DNA of 64,000 nt, taken from NCBI GenBank assembly GCA_040377305.1, contig JBEIPA010000014.1:1-64000 (forward strand), given 5' to 3'. The position numbers and the translations under genes were made by a program. Position 1 is the first letter of the stretch; each line of letters opens with the position of its first letter. The stretch comes from Flavobacteriales bacterium. GTDB taxonomy: Bacteria; Bacteroidota; Bacteroidia; Palsa-965. A model generated the notes under the pieces. The model ran no database searches and was not told where the DNA came from. It saw only the letters and a list, made by a program, of their open reading frames with translations. Of this stretch, positions 1-10,708 are shown in pieces.

Positions 1-1392
1 ATTCACCGCATACACCACGTTGCCTGCAAGTCCGTCGGCTGTAGTGTAGGTCTGAAAACGTTCTGATCCGGGAGCGAGCATGCTCAAGCCTCCGAAACCT
101 GTTCCCACCCACAACGTTCCATCGCTCGCTTCGTACAGGGAAAGAATTACGTTACTGCCAAGACCATCTGCAACCGTATAATTCGTTGCGACGAAGCGAC
201 GGTAGTTTGATCCCGGTGCCGTGAAGAAATGCAGTTTCGTCAATCCGTTGTTGGTTCCGAGCCACACATCGCCATTCTTCGCAGCACAAGTTGCCCACAC
301 GATGTCGTTATTCAATCCATCCTGGCGATCGTACAATGTGAATCGCTCGCCGCGATATTTGTTCAACCCGACATCTGTTCCCAGCCAAATATTTCCTTCA
401 CGATCTTCAATGATGGATTGCACATTGAAGTAATTCAATCCTTGTCGCGTGTTGTAATTTTTTACAACGGCCTGATCGAGACCGAGTGTTCTGTTGGGTG
501 CATTCGCCGGAGTAATGCGCGTTGCTCCTCCACCCGTTGTGCCGATCCAGATGTTTCCGCGACTATCCGGACAAATACATTCAATGAAATCCGAACCCGT
601 TCCCAAATACGAATTGAACACGCGCATTCCGGGAAGTATGGTTGGAATATTTCTGTTGATGAATCCTGCAGGGAGTTGCAATGCCACAACACCTTTGTCG
701 GCAGTTCCGATCCAGATTTCTTTTCCTCCGTTAGCCAATGCAAAACAGGTGATCACGTCGGAAGGAAATCCGCGCTGTGTTGTTACAATTTCATACGATT
801 GCGAAGAGCTCACGTCGAGTTTGGTATCGCAAATTGTCAACCCGCGATCCGTGGCAATCCACATATTGCCGTTTGCATCGAGGCAGAGATCATACACGTT
901 CAGACTCGGAATGCCTTCATTGAGCGTAACGGTGTACATACTGTTCTTCACCGGATCGTAAATGAAAATTCCGGCGCCCTCTGTTGCAATCCAGTAAAAT
1001 CCCTGCTGATCTTCTATGATGGCTGTTACCGTTCTGAACTTTGTGTACTCTTCAAGATTGAGCGATTCGAATTTGTGCGTGAGATTATTGTAACGACTCA
1101 CTCCCCCTGCCCAGTGACCAAACCAGATATCATTCTTAGAATCGCGATATGAAACGGTTACCCAATCTTCTGCGAGTCCGTCCTGACGTGTAAAATTCTT
1201 AAAGCTGTTGCCATCGTAACGGGAAAGCCCTGCAAGCGTACCAATCCACAAATCACCGCGCTCATCCTGCACAAGTGATTGCACCTGCGACTGCACCATT
1301 CCTTCTTCGACAGAATACTGAACGAAGCTGCTGGTTTGAGAAAGCCCAAACAGAGGAATCAAAAATGAAACGAGTAAAAATATTTTTCTCAT
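1..1392 (-). CDS. Two-component regulator beta-propeller (ligand-binding sensor) protein, 5' part only; runs off the left window edge
   Basis: Absent from the ORF track; translated by hand from ATG 1392 (ATGA overlap with the upstream stop): MRKIFLLVSFLIPLFGLSQTSSFVQYSVEEGMVQSQVQSLVQDERGDLWIGTLAGLSRYDG..., i.e. signal peptide plus DxxGxLWIGT Reg_prop repeats. Confidence 0.85.
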   Translation of the reverse strand, partial: MRKIFLLVSFLIPLFGLSQTSSFVQYSVEEGMVQSQVQSLVQDERGDLWIGTLAGLSRYDGNSFKNFTRQDGLAEDWVTVSYRDSKNDIWFGHWAGGVSRYNNLTHKFESLNLEEYTKFRTVTAIIEDQQGFYWIATEGAGIFIYDPVKNSMYTVTLNEGIPSLNVYDLCLDANGNMWIATDRGLTICDTKLDVSSSQSYEIVTTQRGFPSDVITCFALANGGKEIWIGTADKGVVALQLPAGFINRNIPTILPGMRVFNSYLGTGSDFIECICPDSRGNIWIGTTGGGATRITPANAPNRTLGLDQAVVKNYNTRQGLNYFNVQSIIEDREGNIWLGTDVGLNKYRGERFTLYDRQDGLNNDIVWATCAAKNGDVWLGTNNGLTKLHFFTAPGSNYRRFVATNYTVADGLGSNVILSLYEASDGTLWVGTGFGGLSMLAPGSERFQTYTTADGLAGNVVYAVN

Positions 1393-2672
1393 AGATCAGA
1401 CGGACGATATGCTTCGAGACTTTCCTTATAAAGTTTCTCCTCTACTTCTTTGTCGTCCATATAGAAGTAAGTTGCCCACCAATATTTTGTTGTTTTGAAA
1501 ACGGTACTCTTTCCGCCGGGCCAGGTGATGATAATTATTTTTTCATCTGTCCAGAATCCTTTCACAATTGTGGTAACGAAATGCGGAGAAGGCATGTAGT
1601 TCAACGGACCTGTTGACGCCAAAGGCTTAAATCCGGACAAACTAATATCTCTCGCCACTAGTGCAGCAGTTTGAATAAGATTACGTACCTGCATTTCGCG
1701 AATCTGAATGTTTGCTTTAGTTTGCCGCTGACGTTCTTTGTCTTTTTCAATGAGAAATGCCCGTTCGCCTTTAACTTCTGCCTGTCGACGCAAAGAACTC
1801 ACCACCGAATTTACTTCGGCATCATCCTTCATCTGGTTATACTTCTCAATGTTGTTTTTCTTCTCACTCTCGGCAACCATCTTCAACAGATTGTTCTCAT
1901 AAGCTGCACGTACACTTTGATTGTCCTTCTTCTCATTTTCCTTGTCCTGTTTCTCGCGTTCAAGTTTTATCGCTTCTGTTTCCATTGACGGATCCGTAGG
2001 AGTTACTGAGTTCGATGGAGTAACAGTAGGATTACCCGGTTGAGTAAGAATAGGATTCTGCGGATTATTCTTTTGTTGTTCTTCTGCAAGCTTGCGAAGT
2101 CGTTCAGCTTCCTCTGCAGCCAGACGATCTTTTTCCTTCTGCTCGGCTTCTTTCTTCAGACGCTCTTCTTCCTTTTTACGCGCTTCCTCTGTCGGATCCT
2201 TTAGCACTTCTTCAATGAAACGATACGATGGATCATCGTGAAATCCGGTTCCTCCGTCGTAGATAACTTTGATGAAGGGCTTTTTCGAATAGAGCGCTGT
2301 ATTCACTTTTGGATCGCTCGGTTCGAAGAAAGGAATCTCGACCTGATAGTCGGGATAAATCCACGCTTTGTCTGGCGGAACTTTCAGATCCATGGTCATG
2401 TACATATTCACGCATCCTGGTGCAGAGAAGTTGATCCTGTATGTGTGACCGATATCAATCGTGAATTTGAACTTGCCGTTTTTGCCGGTAGTGAGATAGA
2501 TGATCTGTTTCCCATCCATATCCACAGAAACAGTCGCTCCCGAAAGTGGTTGTCCTCCCTTGGTTGCCGTTCCGAAGAAGCGCATGTCTCCTTGTGCGTT
2601 CAGTGTTCTTCCGAAGACGAAAACAGCGAGTACACAAAGAATGAATTTCAGAATGCCCGGGAGCGGATTCAT
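1389..2672 (-). CDS. Secreted hypothetical protein with carboxypeptidase-regulatory-like N-domain and charged coiled coil
   Basis: Signal peptide; GQPLSGATVSV...TGKNGKFKF motif; E/K/R-rich helix; P/N/T linker. Confidence 0.6.
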   Translation of the reverse strand: MNPLPGILKFILCVLAVFVFGRTLNAQGDMRFFGTATKGGQPLSGATVSVDMDGKQIIYLTTGKNGKFKFTIDIGHTYRINFSAPGCVNMYMTMDLKVPPDKAWIYPDYQVEIPFFEPSDPKVNTALYSKKPFIKVIYDGGTGFHDDPSYRFIEEVLKDPTEEARKKEEERLKKEAEQKEKDRLAAEEAERLRKLAEEQQKNNPQNPILTQPGNPTVTPSNSVTPTDPSMETEAIKLEREKQDKENEKKDNQSVRAAYENNLLKMVAESEKKNNIEKYNQMKDDAEVNSVVSSLRRQAEVKGERAFLIEKDKERQRQTKANIQIREMQVRNLIQTAALVARDISLSGFKPLASTGPLNYMPSPHFVTTIVKGFWTDEKIIIITWPGGKSTVFKTTKYWWATYFYMDDKEVEEKLYKESLEAYRPSDL

Positions 2673-2702
2673 GTAAAGGTTCCTCAGCTAAAGTTAGGAA
2701 AA

Positions 2703-2847
2703 GATGGGGAACGCGGGATGGGGAATACGGGATGGGGAACGGGTTATTTGTGGCCACGAACTAGAAACGTGCTCCAACTTTGATTGTTTGATAGTGATAC
2801 ATCAACTATTTGCCTCATACCCCGTCCCCCATTCCTCATTCCCCATA
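2703..2847. repeat. Inverted pair of heptamer tandem-repeat arms (GATGGGG / CCCCATN)
   Basis: Left arm 2703-2743 GATGGGG-AACGCGG-GATGGGG-AATACGG-GATGGGG; right arm 2813-2847 CCTCATA-CCCCGTC-CCCCATT-CCTCATT-CCCCATA; lies between divergent genes. Confidence 0.8.
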
Positions 2848-2857
2848 CCTTTACCGC

Positions 2858-3439
2858 ATGGAAACCACCTTCAAAACCGTTGCCACTGCAACCATGGTAT
2901 TGTTTGCGGTAATCGATGTAGTCGGCTCAATTCCGGTGATCATCGGACTGAAACAAAAAGTCGGAGAACTGAATACCAACAAAGCGTCGTTTGTGTCGCT
3001 TGGCATTATGGTTGTTTTCCTTTTTGTAGGAGAGTTCATTCTCAATTTGCTCGGTGTGCAGATGCGACACTTTGCGATTGCGGGTTCTTTCGTCCTTTTC
3101 TTCCTGGCGATGGAAATGATTCTAGGAATCCGGCTGTACAGAGATGAAGTCACGGCCACCGCATCGGTAGTTCCATTGGCGTTTCCACTACTTGCAGGAA
3201 CCGGAACACTCACCACATTGCTCTCCATGCGGGTCGAATATTCAATCACTTCCATTCTAATTGCCATCGGGATTAACGTGGTGATTATTTGGGTGGTTTT
3301 GAGAAACATTACCCGGCTCGAAAAACTACTCGGTCAGGGAGGTGTCGGTATTTTACGCAAGGTATTCGGCATTATCCTTCTTGCGCTTGCCGTGAAGCTG
3401 TTTATGACGCATGCGGTGGATTATGTAGCGCCTAAATAG
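2858..3439 (+). CDS. MarC family integral membrane protein
   Basis: LFAVIDVVGSIP, VVPLAFPLLAGTG and LRKVFGIILLALAV MarC motifs; about 6 TM helices; ATG 2858 preferred because the upstream extension translates the repeat arm. Confidence 0.9.
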   Translation: METTFKTVATATMVLFAVIDVVGSIPVIIGLKQKVGELNTNKASFVSLGIMVVFLFVGEFILNLLGVQMRHFAIAGSFVLFFLAMEMILGIRLYRDEVTATASVVPLAFPLLAGTGTLTTLLSMRVEYSITSILIAIGINVVIIWVVLRNITRLEKLLGQGGVGILRKVFGIILLALAVKLFMTHAVDYVAPK

Positions 3440-3486
3440 CCTGCAACAAGCCCTCTAAACACTGCAATAAATCGGCTTTCCGGACG

Positions 3487-3494
3487 TATCTTTG
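3487..3494 (+). promoter_or_regulatory. Bacteroidota sigma-70 -7 element (TAnnTTTG)
   Basis: TATCTTTG about 20 nt before GTG 3514; the same box occurs at 5044(+), 25038(+), 30599(+), 34546(+), 39467(+), 13742(-), 50715(-), 56752(-), 63858(-). Confidence 0.7.
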
Positions 3495-3513
3495 CGTGCT
3501 TACCGGGAACCCA

Positions 3514-5031
3514 GTGAATATTTACTCTCAAAAACAACGTTGGAAGTGGCTGCTTTTCGCAGCCGTATTGATCATCGTTGCATTCTCTTTGTGGTTCTCC
3601 AGCCGACTCGTTAAGAAGATTGCTGAAAGTGAAAAACGCAACGTTGAGCTTTGGGCAGAAGCCGTTAAGCGTAAGGCGTTGATGATGGAAGCAACCAACG
3701 CGCTCTACGAGAAAATCGCGAACGAGGAAAGAAAGAAAGTAGAGATCTGGGCAGAAGCTACACGACTCCTTTCTTCCGAACCCATCTTCGAGAATCCGGA
3801 TGCACTTGGATTTGTACTTCAGGTTTTGCGGGCAAACACAACTGTTCCTGCAATTCTTGTCGACGAGAAAGGCAAGATCATCATGACCCGGAACATTGAT
3901 TCCACCTCTGCTTCAACTCCTGAAGGAATGCAGGCAGAGCTTGATGTGATGCGTCAACAGCACGATTCAATTCCGCTTGATGCAGGCGACAACAGAACGC
4001 ATTACGTGTTCTACAAAGATTCGGAAGTCTTCAACGAAATCAGAAAGTCGTACGAAGACAACGAGCGTTCCTTCATCAAAGAAGTTGCATCCAATCCTGC
4101 GTCTGCTCCAGCGATTTATACCGATTCATCTTCGAGCATGATTCTCGCATACGGAAATCTCGATACAACGCTCATCCGTCGCGATTCAATGGTTTATCTC
4201 GCCGCAATGTTTGATGATTTGCGCGAGAATGGCGACACGATTGCAGTTTCACTCGGTCGTGGCAGAAAGAATTTCATCTACTACATGGAGTCGCCACAGT
4301 TGCAGCAGTTGCGCTATTTTCCGTTTTTCCAGTTTGCGGTGATTGGCATGTTTCTCGTGGTTGCATACTTGTTGTTCAGCACATCGCGTCGTGCAGAGCA
4401 AAATCACGTATGGGTTGGAATGGCGAAAGAAACCGCTCACCAGTTGGGAACGCCTTTGTCATCGCTCATTGCATGGATGGAAATTCTGCGCATGAAAGGT
4501 GTTGATGAAACTGTGCTCACCGAATTGAATCAGGATCTGAAACGACTCGAGATGATTACAGAGCGTTTCTCGAAAATCGGATCGCAACCAAAGCTTCAGG
4601 ATGAAAACGTGAGTGAAGCATTATTCCTATCGATGGAATATATGCACACGCGTTCTCCTAAATCTGTACAATTCAACTACAAGATTCCGGATAAGATTCA
4701 CGCACCCATGAACGTACCGTTGTTTGCCTGGGTGATAGAAAATCTCGTTCGCAACGCCGTAGATGCTATGGATGGAGCCGGAACAATTGCAGTAGAACTC
4801 ATCGATTTTCAGCAGCACGTTTACATAGACATTACCGACAGCGGAAAAGGAATTGCGCGCTCCAAACAGAAAACGATTTTTGAACCTGGTTTCACCACCA
4901 AACAACGCGGTTGGGGATTAGGGCTTTCACTCTGCAAACGAATTGTTGAACAGTATCACAAAGGGAAGATTTTTGTGAAGAGAAGTGAGCCGGGACGGGG
5001 AACGACATTCAGGATTGTTTTAAATAAGTGA
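3514..5031 (+). CDS. Membrane sensor histidine kinase (HisKA + HATPase_c)
   Basis: Two TM segments; H-box ETAHQLGTPLSSL; N-box ENLVRNAVDAM; DSGKGI, FEPGFTTK and GWGLGLSL boxes. Confidence 0.92.
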   Translation: MNIYSQKQRWKWLLFAAVLIIVAFSLWFSSRLVKKIAESEKRNVELWAEAVKRKALMMEATNALYEKIANEERKKVEIWAEATRLLSSEPIFENPDALGFVLQVLRANTTVPAILVDEKGKIIMTRNIDSTSASTPEGMQAELDVMRQQHDSIPLDAGDNRTHYVFYKDSEVFNEIRKSYEDNERSFIKEVASNPASAPAIYTDSSSSMILAYGNLDTTLIRRDSMVYLAAMFDDLRENGDTIAVSLGRGRKNFIYYMESPQLQQLRYFPFFQFAVIGMFLVVAYLLFSTSRRAEQNHVWVGMAKETAHQLGTPLSSLIAWMEILRMKGVDETVLTELNQDLKRLEMITERFSKIGSQPKLQDENVSEALFLSMEYMHTRSPKSVQFNYKIPDKIHAPMNVPLFAWVIENLVRNAVDAMDGAGTIAVELIDFQQHVYIDITDSGKGIARSKQKTIFEPGFTTKQRGWGLGLSLCKRIVEQYHKGKIFVKRSEPGRGTTFRIVLNK

Positions 5032-5060
5032 TTTCCGAAGTAGTACTTTTGATCAAACCC

Positions 5061-7253
5061 ATGATCACACACAATCGCCTTCGTCGGGCTGCTTTTCTCT
5101 GCTTTATACTGATGCAATCCTGTCTCTTTGCACAGGTGAGAGAAATTGACAGTCTGAAAAAACTTCTTCCTGCAATTTCCGATCGCAGAGAAACCGCACT
5201 CCTTCTGGCATCGATTGCTGATCTTGAAGCAGGACTTGATGATGATTCTGCTTTATCACATGGGGAACAAATCCTTGTCATCGGAAAAGAGCTCAATGAT
5301 GATGTGCTTCTTGGAAAAGGTTATGTAATTACCGGCACAGCGAAAATGTGGGTAAGCACACCGGAAGAAAGTCAGCATGATCTGAACCTCGCGCTGAAAT
5401 ACGGAGCGCTAACCTCTAACGACGAAATTCTGGGAGACGCATACCACAACATCGGAAATGTTTTCCGCCTTCAGGGCCAATGGGACTCAGCGTATCACTA
5501 CTTTGAAATCGCACTTAAGTACCGAATGGAGACAAACGATCCGAAGAGAATCGGTGCTTCATTGTCCAGTCTCGGAGCATACAATTACCATATCGGCAAT
5601 CTTCAGAAGTCCCTCGAGTATTATTATCAGGCACTGCCTTACCGGGAACAGTCAAATGACATACGGGGTCTGGCAACACTCTACACCAATATTGCATTGG
5701 TGCACATTGACCGAAAAGAGAAAACACTTGCTGTTAGTGCCAACTCAAAAGCGATGGCTTACAATACTATACTGGGGAACGAGTCCAGACTTGCCAGCAA
5801 TGAAAACAATTATGGGATCATCTATATCAACGAACTGGAATACGACAGTGCGATTTACTGGTATACACAATCACTCAACCGAAGAATCAGGCTAAAGGAT
5901 ACGGCGGGAATCGGCGAGTGCTATAACAACATCGGTAATGTATATAATCTGAAAGGTGATCACGTGAAAGCGTTGGAGAGTTACCGGTATTCACTGAAGT
6001 ACATTGAATATTCAAACGAATGGCATATCAATGCCGCTCTCTGCAATTTTGCTGTCTCCGCTGCCCACTGCGGCTTGATTGATACCGCCAGAATTGCTTT
6101 GCGCAGTGCACGTGAAATTGTTACTCAAATGGGTAATCTTCCGGATATGCGCTTAAGCTGGCATGGAGCTCAATCTGATTTCTACAACGTTATTGGCAAA
6201 TATGACTCGGCGCTTATTCATTACAAATTGTACGATGGACTTGAAGATTCGCTTTACAAATCGGAAACCGGTAAACAGTTGAATGAAATTGAGGCCAAGT
6301 ACGAATCGACCAAGAAGCAGAATGCAATTGATGAACTGACGGCAGTACAAAAACAAAAAGATCTTCAGATTCTTGCCGCGATGATTGGAATCGGACTTCT
6401 GATCGTGCTGGCAGGCTTCGTAATTTATGGCAGCAGACAACGCAAGAAAACGAATAAGCTGCTTGAAATTCAGAACACAGAAATTTCAGTTAAGAACAAA
6501 GACATCACGGATAGTATCATCTATGCACGCCGCATTCAACAAAGCGTTTTACCGGATAAAGAAGTTCTCATTAGCAGCGTTAATCAGGCTTTCGTGCTGT
6601 ACATGCCCCGTGACATTGTGAGCGGCGACTTCTATTGGTTTCGCAAGGAAGGTTCGCGTTTGTATATTGCTTGTGCCGACTGCACAGGTCATGGTGTTCC
6701 CGGTGCACTGGTCTCTGTTATTGGTGTGAATCTTCTTGAGCAAATCGTCGCTGCACAACCGTCCATTCCAACCGGCGAATTGTTGGATCAACTCCATCGC
6801 ATGATGCATATGGCCTTGCGCAAAGATTCTCTTTCATCTGAAGCCACCGACGGAATGGACATCGCCATACTCTGTATAGACCAGAATAGTATTGAATTTT
6901 CAGGTGCAGCGCGTCCGCTATTACATTACGATGGAAAGACTCTAAATCAGGTGAAGGGTGATCGCTTTTCCATAGGTGGAGTCAAAGAGCAGGATAGCGA
7001 AGTCAAATTCAGCACCCATAAATTTCCGGTGCGACGAGGTGACACGTATTACATGTTTACTGATGGCTATGCCGATCAGTTTGGCGGAGCGAAAGGAAAG
7101 AAATTCATGTCCAGCAAATTTTTCGAACTTGTCCAGTCGCAAATGGCCGGAAATCTTGTTGATCAGGAAACCTCGATTGCCCAAACATTCAGCTCCTGGA
7201 AGGGTTCACTGGAACAGGTCGATGACGTTCTCGTTATTGGAATAAGAATCTAG
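5061..7253 (+). CDS. TPR-repeat periplasmic sensor + TM + SpoIIE/PP2C-type phosphatase
   Basis: TPR repeats (YHNIGNVF, YNNIGNVY); TM helix; PRDIVSGDFYW, DCTGHGVPGA, DGMDI, TDGYADQFGG, QVDDVLVIG; start placed after the -7 box at 5044. Confidence 0.9.
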   Translation: MITHNRLRRAAFLCFILMQSCLFAQVREIDSLKKLLPAISDRRETALLLASIADLEAGLDDDSALSHGEQILVIGKELNDDVLLGKGYVITGTAKMWVSTPEESQHDLNLALKYGALTSNDEILGDAYHNIGNVFRLQGQWDSAYHYFEIALKYRMETNDPKRIGASLSSLGAYNYHIGNLQKSLEYYYQALPYREQSNDIRGLATLYTNIALVHIDRKEKTLAVSANSKAMAYNTILGNESRLASNENNYGIIYINELEYDSAIYWYTQSLNRRIRLKDTAGIGECYNNIGNVYNLKGDHVKALESYRYSLKYIEYSNEWHINAALCNFAVSAAHCGLIDTARIALRSAREIVTQMGNLPDMRLSWHGAQSDFYNVIGKYDSALIHYKLYDGLEDSLYKSETGKQLNEIEAKYESTKKQNAIDELTAVQKQKDLQILAAMIGIGLLIVLAGFVIYGSRQRKKTNKLLEIQNTEISVKNKDITDSIIYARRIQQSVLPDKEVLISSVNQAFVLYMPRDIVSGDFYWFRKEGSRLYIACADCTGHGVPGALVSVIGVNLLEQIVAAQPSIPTGELLDQLHRMMHMALRKDSLSSEATDGMDIAILCIDQNSIEFSGAARPLLHYDGKTLNQVKGDRFSIGGVKEQDSEVKFSTHKFPVRRGDTYYMFTDGYADQFGGAKGKKFMSSKFFELVQSQMAGNLVDQETSIAQTFSSWKGSLEQVDDVLVIGIRI

Positions 7254-7512
7254 CCTGCGAATAGAACAAGAGAACGTCCTAAAGATTGCTTTTGCTCACT
7301 CGAAGTCACAATGATCTGGTGATTGGGATTAGACTTTAACCCTTCGAATTGATCAATTGAAGCGTACTTGTTAAGTTTTATACTGAGTTCAAGGTTAACC
7401 CTTCCACATTCTATAAGGATATCGTTAAAACTTGCAGTTTACCGCACGCATTCCGAAACATTACCGAACTTTGCACGCACAAATTAAGTGCGCGTTTCAC
7501 AATACTAGCTGC

Positions 7513-9843
7513 ATGTCTCTATCTAGAATTTCCATTGCTGTTCTATTCCTGGCTCTGAATGTGTGTTTCCTTGGAGCACAAACCAAATACACCGTTAGCG
7601 GAACAGTTACCGACAAGAAAACGGGCGAAACCGTAATTGGTGCCGTATTGCGAATTCCCGAAGTAAAGGGAGCCGGCACTGTGAGCAATGAGTACGGATT
7701 CTATTCACTGACCATTGCTGAAGGCGATTACACGCTGAGCGTTACGATGAGTGGCTATTCCACAGAAACGCGCACACTTGCCTTGCATGCAAACATGAAA
7801 ATGGATTTTGCATTGCAGGATACGTCTTACCTGATCAACGAAGTTGTAATTACCGGGGAAAAGGCAGACCAGAATGTGAGTGATCCGCAAATGGGTGCGC
7901 AGAAAATTGACATGAAGGAAGCAAACAAGATTCCGGTGTTGTTTGGCGAGAAAGACATTCTGAAAACCATTCAGCTTCTTCCGGGAATTAAATCGGGTGG
8001 TGATGGTGGAAGCGGATTTTATGTTCGCGGAGGTTCTGCAGATCAAAATCTGATTTTACTGGACGAAGCTCCGGTGTACAATGCGTCTCACCTACTTGGA
8101 TTCTTTTCTACGTTCAATTCTGATGCGATCAAAGATGTAACCGTGTACAAAGGAAACGGTCCGGCGCAATACGGCGGACGTTTAGCTTCTGTGCTCGATG
8201 TCAAAATGAACGACGGAAACAACCAGCAATATCATGTAGGTGGCGGACTCGGATTGATTTCCTCCAAACTAAACGTTGAGGGTCCGATTGTGAAAGACAA
8301 AGGCTCCTTTCTCGTTACGGGAAGAAGAACGTACGCGGATGTGTTCCTCAAACTTTCTCCCGATTCAGCGATCAACAGCAATACCCTTTTCTTTTACGAT
8401 CTCAATGCGAAATTGAATTACCAGCTGAACGCGAAGAACAGAATTTATGCTTCCGGATATTTCGGGAGAGATAAAATCGGCATTGCGAATGCATTCGGAA
8501 TCGAGTGGGGAAATGCCACCGGAACTGTACGTTGGAATCACATCTGGAATGATCGTCTGTTCACCAACACTTCATTCATCTTCTCCAATTACGATTACAA
8601 GATTTCCATCACTTCGCCAAGTGCGGATTTCGCAATTACTTCAAAAATCCGCGATTACAATCTCAAGCATGAATTTCAGTTCTTCCCGAATCCTCAGCAC
8701 TCGATTCGTTTCGGAGTAAATTCAATTCACCACACAGTTACTCCCGGACAAATCACTGCGAGTGCAGGAACCGCTATCAATCCGATCAAGCTTCAGGATC
8801 GATTTGGCTGGGAGAATGCAGCTTTCTTCGCTGACGAATGGACTGCTGCTGATCGTTTGAAAATCAGTTACGGCGTTCGCTTCGGGGCATTCGCTGTTCT
8901 CGGCAAAGGCGACTATTTTACGTTCGATGCAGATGGAGAGGTAACAGATACTTCCTCCTTTGCAACAAACGAAATTGCAAAAACATTCTTCACCGTAGAG
9001 CCGCGCTTGTCTGCTGCGTTCTTACTCGATTCTTCCAGTTCAGTGAAAGTTGCTTACGCGAGAAACAGTCAGCATTTACACTTGCTGTCGAACAGCACGG
9101 CTTCCAGTCCGACTGACTTGTGGATTATGAACAGTCTCATGATTCAGCCGGAAATCGCTGATCAGATTTCTGCTGGCTATTTCAAGAACTTCCGCGACAA
9201 TACGATTGAGCTCAGCGTTGAAGTGTATTACAAAATCATGCAGAATCAAATCGATTATAAGAACGGTGCGAACACACAAGGCAATGAACTTGTCGAGGGC
9301 GATTTAGTTTTTGGTGAAGGACGCGCATACGGTCTCGAATTTTTCATCAAGAAAAAATACGGCAAGTTCACCGGATGGGTGAGCTACACACTTTCCCGCA
9401 GCGAACGTCGTATAGACGGAATCAACGATGGCAGTTGGTATCCTGTTCGTCAGGATCGCACGCACGACATTTCCATTGTAGCGATGTACGACTTAGGAAA
9501 GAAATGGTCGTTGGCCGCAACGTGGGTTTACAACACCGGTAACGCGGTAACATTCCCAAGCGGAAAATATTACATCGATGGACAGGTGCAGTTCCTATAT
9601 ACCGAACGGAATGGTTATCGTATGCCGGCTTATCACCGCATGGACATTGGAGCAACGTGGCAAACCAGGAAAACCGAAAAGTTTGAGTCCAGCTGGAACT
9701 TCTCGATCTACAATGTGTATGCGAGAGAGAATGCGTACGCCATCATCTTCCGCGAAAGCGAAACCGATCCGAACAAAACCGAAGCGGTGCGAATTGCGCT
9801 CTTCAAAATAATTCCTTCTGTTACCTACAACTTCCGATTCTAA
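7513..9843 (+). CDS. TonB-dependent receptor with N-terminal CarboxypepD_reg-like domain
   Basis: VSGTVTDKKTGETVIGA; plug motif YVRGGSADQNLILLD; C-terminal beta-strand YNFRF; ATG 7513 gives a signal peptide. Confidence 0.92.
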   Translation: MSLSRISIAVLFLALNVCFLGAQTKYTVSGTVTDKKTGETVIGAVLRIPEVKGAGTVSNEYGFYSLTIAEGDYTLSVTMSGYSTETRTLALHANMKMDFALQDTSYLINEVVITGEKADQNVSDPQMGAQKIDMKEANKIPVLFGEKDILKTIQLLPGIKSGGDGGSGFYVRGGSADQNLILLDEAPVYNASHLLGFFSTFNSDAIKDVTVYKGNGPAQYGGRLASVLDVKMNDGNNQQYHVGGGLGLISSKLNVEGPIVKDKGSFLVTGRRTYADVFLKLSPDSAINSNTLFFYDLNAKLNYQLNAKNRIYASGYFGRDKIGIANAFGIEWGNATGTVRWNHIWNDRLFTNTSFIFSNYDYKISITSPSADFAITSKIRDYNLKHEFQFFPNPQHSIRFGVNSIHHTVTPGQITASAGTAINPIKLQDRFGWENAAFFADEWTAADRLKISYGVRFGAFAVLGKGDYFTFDADGEVTDTSSFATNEIAKTFFTVEPRLSAAFLLDSSSSVKVAYARNSQHLHLLSNSTASSPTDLWIMNSLMIQPEIADQISAGYFKNFRDNTIELSVEVYYKIMQNQIDYKNGANTQGNELVEGDLVFGEGRAYGLEFFIKKKYGKFTGWVSYTLSRSERRIDGINDGSWYPVRQDRTHDISIVAMYDLGKKWSLAATWVYNTGNAVTFPSGKYYIDGQVQFLYTERNGYRMPAYHRMDIGATWQTRKTEKFESSWNFSIYNVYARENAYAIIFRESETDPNKTEAVRIALFKIIPSVTYNFRF

Positions 9844-9849
9844 GTGAAA

Positions 9850-10617
9850 ATGAAAAATATACTTTCCATACTCGCCATTGCCGTTGTATTCGCTTCGTGT
9901 CAGGAAGTAATTGACATTGAGTTGAACGATAAAGACGCTGCGATTGTTATCGAAGCGAACATCTCTGATCAATCAGGTCCTTACACTGTACTGATTTCAA
10001 AATCCGTAAACTTCAGTGATCCGAATGTATTCCCGGGAGTTAGCGGTGCATTTGTTGTGATTTCCGATGATGCAGGAAATGCAGATACGTTAGTTGAAAC
10101 ATCAGCAGGCGTGTACATCGCGTCAACTATTCAGGGTGTTCCCGGAAGAACGTACACAATTCGTGTTGTAGCAGACGGAAAAACGTACACAGCTCAAAGC
10201 ACAATGCCGAATGCAATTACACTCGATTCACTTGTAGTAGAAGAAAGTGGTGGCTTCGGTGGTGCTTACATCATTCCGCAATGGCAGGATCCGATCGGAA
10301 CGGGAAATACATATCGCTGCATCGAGTATGTCAACAGCGAACGTGTGGGTGCATTTTTGTACGACGATTCATTCTCCGACGGACTTGTGAACGGGCAACC
10401 ACTTCTGAACTTCACTACAGAATTAGAAACCGGAGATACCGTGCTCGTGCAGTTTCAGTGCATCGATGCTGCAAACTATTTGTACTTCTTCAGCATGGAA
10501 CAAACTGCAACCAACAACACCGCGGCTCCTGCAAATCCGGAATCAAATTTCGACAACGGTGCGCTGGGATATTTCAATGCGCATACGGTGAGTGTGAGGA
10601 CGGTTGTGATTCCATAA
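9850..10617 (+). CDS. DUF4249 family lipoprotein, TonB-receptor partner
   Basis: Lipobox FASC; QEVIDIEL; C-terminal PANPESNFDNGALGYF; directly downstream of the TBDR. Confidence 0.85.
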   Translation: MKNILSILAIAVVFASCQEVIDIELNDKDAAIVIEANISDQSGPYTVLISKSVNFSDPNVFPGVSGAFVVISDDAGNADTLVETSAGVYIASTIQGVPGRTYTIRVVADGKTYTAQSTMPNAITLDSLVVEESGGFGGAYIIPQWQDPIGTGNTYRCIEYVNSERVGAFLYDDSFSDGLVNGQPLLNFTTELETGDTVLVQFQCIDAANYLYFFSMEQTATNNTAAPANPESNFDNGALGYFNAHTVSVRTVVIP

Positions 10618-10632
10618 AAGGATTTTTAGTGG

Positions 10633-10706
10633 CAAGTAAATAAGTAGGCGAGTCGGGAAAACCTGACTCTCCTACTTGCTTGCTTGCTTAAAGACTTGTT
10701 TACTTC
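10633..10706. repeat. Inverted octamer-repeat arms (AAGTAGG-like), probable bidirectional terminator
   Basis: CAAGTAAA-TAAGTAGG-CGAGTCGG ... CTGACTCT-CCTACTTG-CTTGCTTG ... TTTACTTC between convergent genes. Confidence 0.65.
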
Positions 10707-10708
10707 CG

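Noticed and set aside
229-1152. 307-aa plus-strand ORF
   Set aside because: Antisense shadow of the minus-strand propeller sensor gene, which has clear motifs but is missing from the track because it runs off the window.
2704-2857. N-terminal extensions of MarC and overlapping short ORFs
   Set aside because: They simply translate the heptamer repeat arms (PHTPSPIPHSP; GMGNTGWG).
7254-7430. Possible riboswitch or REP upstream of the TonB receptor
   Set aside because: No cobalamin or TPP consensus recognised; only a very degenerate GATTGCTT...CAATGA resemblance.
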